Assembly (NCBI RefSeq): GCF_025526975.1
Contig: NW_026515682.1
Coordinates: 248,001-312,000, forward strand
Source of the DNA: Fimicolochytrium jonesii
Taxonomy: Eukaryota
Reading direction: 5' to 3'
DNA length: 64,000 nucleotides
In this document: positions 55,291 through 64,000 of the stretch, piece by piece
How the letters are laid out: every line of letters starts with the position of its first letter
How positions within the stretch are numbered: the first letter of the stretch is position 1
Translations under genes and position numbers: made by a program
Notes under the pieces: generated by a model
The model's database searches: none
What the model saw: the letters and a program-made list of their open reading frames with translations, nothing else
Told to the model about the DNA's origin: nothing

Positions 55291-55423
55291 TATTGGCAGG
55301 TAGATTAGTTCGATTTGAGTTCTCCGCGTAGCACAATCTCAATGACGGTCCATCGTTGGACTCCTGCATGCCGAATCAACAAGAAACTATTGGCAGGTAG
55401 ATTAGTTCGATTTGAGTTCTCCG
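55291..55423. repeat. Exact 36-bp direct repeat x2 with a 61-bp spacer
   Basis: TATTGGCAGGTAGATTAGTTCGATTTGAGTTCTCCG at 55291-55326 and 55388-55423. Confidence 0.9.
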
Positions 55424-55455
55424 ACAATCCCGCGACGCGAGAGAGTGTGTGGGAG

Positions 55456-55674
55456 ATTTCGGGCAAAAAAAAGCACTGGGATGATGGGCTACTCAAGTGT
55501 AACTTTCATTTACGAACACGATGTCCATCCCTCATCCTGCCTCCCGCCCGATACAGACTTTTGAACCACCCCGCACAAAAAAAAGGCAACCAAGGCCCAA
55601 AGACCTCAAAGAAAGGAGTGAATAAAGAAGACAGACCCTAAAATGTCTATTTCGGGCAAAAAAAAGCACTGGGA
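55456..55674. repeat. Exact 26-bp direct repeat x2
   Basis: ATTTCGGGCAAAAAAAAGCACTGGGA at 55456-55481 and 55649-55674. Confidence 0.88.
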
Positions 55675-55860
55675 CAAAAACTTATTTTTTTCCTGACCAT
55701 AGAAACTATGACGATGATGGGAAGGGACGAACGAAAAAGGGGGTGAGGGGGGACAACAAAAATGCCTTGTAGCCCACCGGGATCGAATTCGTTCGTTTGA
55801 GAGTGATGACATCGTTTGGGGTTGTGGGCGCGAGTGGGGTGAAGATTTTTGGTGGCGGTC

Positions 55861-58800
55861 TTATTCCTCATCCTCGACAGTGTTCTTTAAATCCCACCCC
55901 AACCCAGAGATCTCAGCCACCTCGCGCTGCATCACATCGGCTTCAACAAGCGATTTGATATCGTCGACGCGCAAAAAGCACAGATCGTACTGGCTGAGCC
56001 GCAGGGCTTTACGGCCGCTCTTGCGTTTGACTGTTCGCGCCCAGCGTTCGGCTTCGGGACGCACGTGGATCATGGATTCGAAGATGGTTTCCGCCAGAGC
56101 CGTGCGTTGCAGCTGCAGCTTCTCGGCGTGCACGGCTACGCGGCGGTGCAGTTCCGGGTGCCGATCGGTCCATTCGCGGCCGGTGCGGTATCCAAAAAGT
56201 AGGCCGAGCTGGAAATCGAGGACCCAGCGTTCGGGCGATGACGAGGATGCTGCGGTCGAGTCGGCGTCTGGTGGGAGAGTGATGGCATAGAGAGGGAGAC
56301 AGCGACGAAGGCGGGATTCTTGCTGGGCTGCTTCCTTCACCGGGTCGACCGTCGCTTCGTAACGCACATAGCTTTTTTCAAAGACTCGCGGTAATGCATC
56401 AGGAGGCACTGGGTCTCGGTGGGGAGCATTCTCGGTGGCTGTCTCAGATTTCACCACTGACTGAGTAACGGTTGTCGCAGTCACAGGAGCCACAGGAGCA
56501 GGCTTGGATTCTTGCACAGACGCAGCAGATATCGACTTCTCAGTAGAGACAGAACCAGCCGGCCTCGCTTTCTGGTATCCGGTGAGTCCAGACAGCGTGC
56601 TAACTTTCCGTTTCACCGACGCGCTCGCGTCTCCCGCATCGGCGTTCGCGCTTCCCAAAGCTCTCTGCAACGAAGATGACGACGAGTCGCATCTGACTGG
56701 TCCGGCAGGTGACTCGTCCCGCTCCATTTTCGATGTCACTTGACCATTGACAAGTACTTTGTCGGTTCCCTTGAACTTCTTCAACGGCGGACTCTCGCCT
56801 CTCGTAGAGGTCGGTGAAGCAACCGGACGCGAACGAGGCGACCGCGGCACCGACCGCTTAGCGGGAATACTCTCAGTCTCCTCAAACGGGCTCGTTCGTG
56901 CCTTGATAGGCGACCGCGACTCCTCCTTACTCATTCGTCGACGCTGAAGAGACACCGAATGCATCCTCCGGATGTCGTCGTCTCCATCATCCATTTTCGG
57001 CGGCTCGCTCATTTCCCGCGTGGTCTTGATACGTTCAGGTATCGGCTTAGTGGCCGAACGACCTGCAACTCCTGAGGTGTTCGATGTTCGTTTCGTAGAT
57101 TTCTTACCGCCACCGGCTTTCTTCTCGCTAGAGGCTTCCGCGACGCTAGCTTTTCGTGATGCCGACGCGGTAGCAACTTCCTTCCTGGCCTTCGATCGTG
57201 GCCTTTCCGCACTTCCTCCTGCAGAGTCGGAGTTTGACCGCCTGCGCTTATCCTTGGATCGATCGTTCGCATGTGCTTGCGGGGTATCACGGATCTCAGC
57301 GGATGCGCGGCGGGTGTCGGTGCTTGGTTTGGTGTCGATGTCCATGTCGTCTTGTGCAGGGGACGCCCGCCTCTTCATGGCTAAATCAGAAGGTAGTTTG
57401 TCGATTGGGGTCGATTGCTCAGATTTACGGGACGCCTCCTCCTTTCCAGCTCCGTCCTCTTCAGCAGTAGACTCCTCCTCCCCTTTTTTCTTATTCTTGG
57501 GGGGGCGTCCGATTCGGTTCGATTTCGCGCCCTTCGCGGTATTGTTGCTCTTTCCCACGCCACTTCCTCTGCGTTCGGACTGAGAAGGTTTCTCACTTTT
57601 CGATCGAAGTTCAGTGACTCGGCTCTCCGTCCTGCTCGACTCGCTCTGCCGCGGTCGGACCTCTCCTCCCGTTCCTGCGTTCGGGCCGCTCTCTTTTTCC
57701 AGCATAGCCATGAGGGCTTCAAATTTCTTACGCTCTCGCTCAGACACAAACTCGGAGGTAGCGGGTGGGAGTCCGCCCGTACGGAAGTACTCGTTCTTCT
57801 GAGACACCGAAGGACGCTTCGGGGACGAGTCCTTAGTACCGGGGGACGACTGCCGGTCTCCAGGATCAGCGCAGCTCTCCATACCAGACCCCGCCACCGA
57901 CGCCCGCCGAATTGTCGAGGTGTTGTGTGCGAGCATTGCCTGAGCCAGCCTCCTTTGCTCCGTCGAGGGACAGAAGGACGGTTTCTTGTAAGGTTTCCAG
58001 TTCTGCGGAGGGGCGAGAAGCATTTCCTTCATTCCGGGGTCCGCGGTCTCGGCGAAATCCAGGGGACATTTGCCTTTCGCGTTACGCTTCCGGACGTCGG
58101 CTCCGTACTGAAGCAACAGCTTTACAACGTTGTGATGCTTGTTCCATACAGCCTCGTACAATGGTGTGTCTTCATCGTGGCCCCGCGAGTCGACATCCGC
58201 GCCATGCAGAAGTAGATCTCGTACACAGTCGTAGTGCCCATTCAGCGCCGCTTCGTGCAGGGATGTCCACCCCGCATCATCGCGATACTGCAAATCGGCT
58301 CCATATTTCAAACATCTCCGCAACTCGTTGAGATCTCCTCTTTCAGAAGCCTGGTGGAGTCGTGTCTTCCCATACTGATCCCGCTCCAGTACCTCCTCGG
58401 CTGCCTGGAGCCAATCCTGAATAACTTTCTGCATCGTCTCATCTGCAACTGATAGTGGCGTTTCGTTTTCGGTGTTTTCGGCGTCGATAGATGCGCCATG
58501 GAGCAGTAAGCATTCCACAACCTCCTTATGACCCCTTTGTACAGCATCGTGCAGAGGGGTATCCGAGTTTTCAGCCGTGACATTCGGGTCCGCACCGAAT
58601 TGTAACAAAAGGCTGACGATGGAAACGTGGCCTTCCAGACATGCTTCGTGCAGAGCAGTCCATCCGGCATTATCCTTGATGGTGACATCCGCGCCAAACT
58701 CCATGAGCTTTTGGCACGCCTCGTAATCTCCTCGGCTGGCATAGCGGAACAGATGGGTACGTCCGCTCCGGTCTTGGACGTTCAGTCGTTCGGAGCGGAT

Positions 58801-60675
58801 GAAACGGGCTCCAATAAATATACCGGTCCCTTCTTGATGCGTTGCATTAGAGTAGGCTACTTTCCTACCGGATGGTATATGCTTATCCTGCAAACAGACA
58901 AAAGATAAGTCGACTGCCGTATCGGAAGTCCGTAAAGTTCTTCATGAACTCACATCGCGTACGCTGGATCTTCTTCCAGATTGATCCGGTTTACGTGTTT
59001 CATTGCTCCCATTGTTTCGATTCAACGGTGGGCGACCGCGGCGCCGTCTGGGAGGTACATCCTCAGCGTTCTTCGAATCCACACCATCTGCATGGCCCGA
59101 AGCACGTCGTTCACCATGGGATCGTTTCGCGGAAATGGCCGACTCACCATCAGATGCGTGCGATGTCTTGCGAACACGAGGCTTCGTTCTTGGCAAATCG
59201 CTGGCGGAATCGTCCAATGGCGACGCAGCTCCCAGCGAATCCCTACGCAAAACTCGTCTGCCCGATTGTTGTTGGTCCGCAAGCCTCCTGGTCTTCCTTG
59301 GCGAGTGTCGTCTAACGGCCCAATTCCTGGTTGCCGGCCGGCTCAACGATCCTTCGCTATCAGTGGATCGGTAACCTCCCTCGGTGTACTCATAATCGTC
59401 GCTCCCCATGTCGTTCAAGTCCAGTAAAGGCTTGGAAAAATCGTCCAGGCTGGTGGTTGTGCTTCTGGAATGCAGCGGGCTCGGCGCAACTGACTGTGTC
59501 GATGGTTTCTTTCTACTGTCCTCCACTTTAATGTTGTCTTCCGAAGAGGAATCCGACTCGTCTTCTTCATCATCCGCACTTGAGTCACTTGCCGAGCTGG
59601 AACTTATTTCGCTGTCAGGAACATCGGAGAGTTCGCTCAACGAGTCTTCCGATGAGACAGCCGATGTGCTCATCTTGGCCACCCCGGGGGTCGTGGTAGG
59701 TGGCGGTGCCGTACTTGCATCTTTCGGTTCCTCACTCCGCGCAACCGCAACATTATGTTCACTTCCAGTAACACTAGCGGGTGAAGGGTTGGGAACATCG
59801 TTGGAAGTCTCGTTGGAAATATCGGTCAAGGATGGAGCGGCTGACGACGCTAAGGATACGGGACCCATGCTTTCCGACTTTACTGCAACATGTCCTTCAC
59901 TTTCCGCAGCTTGTGGGAGGTCTGACGTGCGATCCTCATGCTTCCGAGGCTCATGACCAGTATCGCCAGCCCTCATTCTTCCAGCCGATCCCCCATGACC
60001 GCCTACCCTAGCAGACAAATCGTTGATGCGAGCCGATTCTACAGAATCAGGAAGTTCGCGGGGCAAACTCGACTTGCCGATTTTGGGCGATTTCGTGGTT
60101 CGTGACAAATCGGCCAGCAGTTGTTCCTTGCGCAAGGATTCAGGGGGCTTCTCTTTTCCAGGCGGCGCCGGTTTACCCAAATTATCAGATTTCGATATTG
60201 ATGGGGAGCTGTACGTCGCAGAACTTGGTGGCCGGTCTTCCTCTTGCTTCTGCAACCTCTGCTCGGTTGGCCATGATTGCGTCGCGTGTCCAGAATAAGC
60301 GGTATGCGGATGATGCCGATATTCCCCCGAAGAGTACGGATATTGCGAGTGGGAAAAGAAGGAGTATGGTTGTTGATGAACATACGCTTCGTACGAGTCG
60401 CGCGGAGCCTCGTGAGCATAATAGCCGGAGTCGTGATAACGCTGCGAATATGCCCCTGGGTAAGATTCTGCGTGTTGCTGTTGCGACGGAGCATGCCCAG
60501 GTGGGGGTGGTTGACTGGAGTCTTCATGATTTACGGCCGCACGATGTCCATTCCGGTAAGCGGTGCCGACGGCAACAGATTGTTGACTGGAACTGACCCC
60601 ACTGGTTTGGTAGGGATAGGTATAATCTGAGTAGGGGTATACATGTTGCCACGATGATGACAAAGGGGCACCCAT
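55861..60675 (-). CDS. Large ankyrin-repeat protein (two ANK blocks; Hos4/Set3C-like), long disordered regions
   Basis: DNAGWTALHEAC, DTPLHDAV and DDAGWTSLHEAALNGH. ORFs 58942-60675 and 55861-58893 are joined by a short intron. Confidence 0.85.
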
Positions 60676-61985
60676 TTTTTCTGACTAACGAGCGGAACGC
60701 CTGCATAGAAAAAATCAGAAGAAAAATCGTCAGACGAAGTTCAGCGAGCCAAAACGGCCGGAAAGAGAGATATTCGCTTGAACATTGATTTTCGACGTCC
60801 GGCAAGCGTCTCCTGCTTCCAAAAGAATTCTCGGTAAATTCCACATACCAAAAGTCAGCGTAGCGCTCGTCGAAAAATTCGTCTCCTTGGTTTCGTCGAT
60901 AGATAGGTCAATTCAATCTTTCAGGTTGAGTACTCGGTTTGCGGTTCTCGATTTCTTTCCAGGCACCGGGCGATCATACGTCGTTCAAGTTTCCCACGAG
61001 AAAAAAATTCAGCGATTTCAGGTTGTGTTTGGGGTTTGGGGTGGGAGCTCGGTAGCGGCGACTGAGCCAATGAGGTCTGCCTAATTCGAGACCTTCCTGT
61101 CAATTCGGTTGAGCAAATATGTAAGCACCAGTGAGTCTTGTGGGGGCTCCAAGAAAGTTTTGCCGAGTTGAAGAAAGCAGTGAAGTGTGCGCCCACCTGC
61201 GAAAATGGACCGGAATGAAAACTGATGAGAATCTGCTGCGAGTCCGGAACGGTCCCATCGAAGCTTACCTTGCACCCTCTGGTCAATGAGGTACTGGTGC
61301 TAGGTGACGGTGGTTCTGATGGACAAGCACAGACGGTTCGGTTCCAATAGTGGTACTGAGGGTCCTGAGGGTCGGGTTGATGGGTCCCCGGGTGTTCTTA
61401 TATCCAGGTCGACCCTCGAAAATGTCCGAGTGGGTCTGGGTCGGGCCAGTAATGCAGTGCCTCGTCTTAGCGTTCTGAGAGAACGGGCGGAGTGGCGACT
61501 GGGGTGTCTGTGTCGGGGTATTTCCAAGCCTTCTGGGCTGAGTCTCAGTGGTTTGACCTTTAAATGCTTCTGGAACGCAAAAAAAAAAACCCGTCTTCCT
61601 TTGGCCTCTTTGGGACTCCCTTCGCCGAGAGAAGAGCGATTGGGTTTGGTTCTTTCGAGGGGTAAATACAGTAGTAGCAAACATGGTTAAAATGGATAAG
61701 GTTAACTATCACGGGCTTAACGTGTTTGCAACAGTCCCCGCCATCACTTTGAATCGTTTCGATCACCACTCCTTTGTTGCAGGCGGGCGCCCCATCAATT
61801 TCCTTTCAGGCCGCCAATAAGTCACCGGCCCCCCACGGCGATTCAATCGATCTTGACCTCTCCTGAACGGTGCGAATAGCTGGAGAGTGATGAAGGATTT
61901 CCGATGCATGGCCATGGCGGTCTATACAGATTAGGTACGCAGTTTCGGGTTCGGATGCAGGAGACTGTGAACGATCTGCTGTCAG

Positions 61986-62068
61986 TTAGGGTTAGGGGTA
62001 GGGTTACAGAACTGTTCCGGGTCGGCGGGTTTTAGGGTTAGGGTTAGGGTTCGGGTTAGGGTTAGGGG
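61986..62068 (+). repeat. Interstitial telomeric (TTAGGG)n tract, degenerate, in two blocks
   Basis: ttagggttaggggtagggtta ... ttagggttagggttagggttcgggttagggttagggg. Confidence 0.88.
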
Positions 62069-62151
62069 TGGTCGATTTTCCCATTCATCACTCGGAAATC
62101 ATGATCCCGTCTTTTCAAGTGTTCGAATTCTGAGAATCTGGCACTAACAAT

Positions 62152-62656
62152 GTGTTCGTCTCCTATGTGTTCGTCACCTGGAAAAATACCCTGGGTTGGA
62201 CGACAAGAAGTTCTACACGACGTAACATCCTCGTCTATCGGAATCCGTCTACCAAGCTCTTGAACCTCTCTGGTATCGTCGACTTTGAGTGGGCAGGCTT
62301 TTTCCCCGTTTACCACGAGTTTGCAGACTCGTCAGGGTTAAGGGGGGGAGGCCTTTAACCCTGACAAGGACGGTTTGATGGATCGGATGCTGTTGGATGA
62401 GATGGAGAAGCTGGGACTAGAGACCGTGCGCACGCTAAATCCAGAATTGTGGAAACAGGCTAGGGATCTGGAAACTTTGAGGACCAACGTGGCACCGTGT
62501 TGGTTAATGGGGATGGAGGTGGGCAATCCAAGATTGGAAGGTGAACTCGGGGACGCCGCCAAGGTGCTCATGACATCTTGGAGAGTTTGGGATAAAGCGG
62601 ACTGCAAGGAGATCCTCTTCATGCTCCGATTTGAAGGTCTCCAACCCAAATACTAA
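62152..62656 (+). pseudogene. Truncated, frameshifted APH/choline-kinase-like phosphotransferase fragment
   Basis: RNILV..SGIVDFEWAGFFP..EF. Removing one G from the G7 run at 62342-62348 fuses ORFs 62152-62358 and 62375-62656. The N-lobe is absent. Confidence 0.65.
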
Positions 62657-64000
62657 GGACATGAAATTCGCGCTCGAGTTCTCGCATGAAGCAAGCCTCA
62701 CAGAGGAAAAATATAGTGAGCCGCAGGCCTGCAAGCGGCTTTGAACGGTACTAGCAAACAGACGTTCCCCTTCTCTTTGCGAGTCCGCAACTTTGAGTGC
62801 CAAACCATCAAGCCGCAGCGACTCCGCGGAGAGCCCGGGAAGCTGATGATACGAAAGAGTGCCGTTTCATAAAGGCACAGCTCGCGTCCGCCACGAACCT
62901 GGGATGGCGACGATAACAAGCTGCACGGAGTCTCCCGCATCATAGGGGAGGGGCATCGCAGTTTTACGAAATCAGGCTCGTTGACGAGCTGACGACACAA
63001 AGCTGCACGGGATTTCCCGCGACGAAGAGAGTGGTAACGTGCACCGGGTTACCAAGGCAAAGCTTTGCGTGCCCCCAGACCTTGCGCAGGGCTGTGATGG
63101 AAGTAGCACGGGCGAATGATCTACACTGTCGAGCACTTCTCTGACGCCACTGTCAAATGCGGTCTTGCTTTATGAACGGCACTGTATCTGCGCGTCAAGC
63201 CGCGGCCGACAAGACGGCGGCGGCATGTTCAAAAACTTTGCGTCCAGGCTATCCTGGTGACGACCTCTACAAATGGGCGGCGTACGCGCACAGAGGATCG
63301 CCGCACGGGTCTTGGGCTTCAGCGCTCCTCCCGCCCCCCACTCCAGTGAACCTTACCACGTTAACCACTGTACCATTACATTTGTAACCGAATAAGTCAT
63401 TCTCTGTACTTATAACCACCGCCTATTATACCTCTCCCGATCTAGTGCCCACAACAAAGTCTGGCAGCCAGAGAATGATAGTGCTCCAAACAGCGCGTGG
63501 CCAGCGCCACCAATTTTCTGACAATTTGCAGGCCCACCGCCACCCCCTGTCGGATCTGGATCTGGGCCAGCTACCTAAGCATTACGTAACCCTTTTGTTT
63601 GAATAAGGCGGTCGGTGTGCGGCAACTCCGACCAACTGAAAAAGAATAGGTCGTTTTATATAGCACTTCCCTCAACGTTTCCGTTACCTTGCGCTTTCCA
63701 TCCCTTTCCCGTTAAGTTTAGCTCCGGAAGCAACTGCGTTCAGCGTCTCGTTGTGTCTGCATACCGTTTTCCGTTTAGATTAGCTACTGAAGCGACTGGC
63801 CTAAATGTATTCCGCAGCGCAGTACATCGCTGAAATCACCCCAGCCCCAATTCGCATGGCAGAGGGACACTCTGGCACCAGCACCACAGTCCCGGCTTGG
63901 CCGCGAACAGACCTGAAGGTTTTGGAACCTTGGACCTCCTTCGACGGGGCACTTACGGAGTGCGGAGAGGTTCTGTCACGGACGGACGTTGGACAGCTTC

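Noticed and set aside
55291..55423. CRISPR array (36-bp repeats with a spacer)
   Set aside because: Only two repeats, a 61-bp spacer, no cas genes, and a eukaryotic context.
62700..64000. Short ORFs at the window end
   Set aside because: No recognisable motifs or consistent exon chain.

Overview
Gene-dense, intron-rich eukaryotic DNA with short GT-AG introns and CTRAC branch points. It is most likely a chytrid fungus, since fungal-type housekeeping genes occur alongside flagellum/centriole-associated TEX47, SFI1 and CYB5D1. About 25 protein genes are recognisable, including MCM6, SRPRB, NECAP, a septin, an AVT-type transporter, ISOC, MFAP1, RPN11, an ARP9-like gene, dynamitin, a PGAP4-like gene, ECHS1, MPC2, TBC1D7, IleRS, an SRA-like/AlkB dioxygenase, a PBP2 protein and an ankyrin protein. 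The standout feature lies between TBC1D7 and IleRS: a minus-strand Fanzor1-type gene (eukaryotic TnpB/OMEGA RNA-guided nuclease) that the ORF track fragments because four spliceosomal introns split it. Its RuvC D-E-D triad and Zn finger are intact, but it is 5'-truncated and has one premature TGA. A candidate omega-RNA hairpin and TA end lie downstream. Other features are a perfect 178-bp TA-flanked MITE that disrupts a gene, an interstitial TTAGGG tract beside a truncated APH-type kinase, and paired exact direct repeats. Gene models were read by eye, so boundaries are approximate. No database searches were run.
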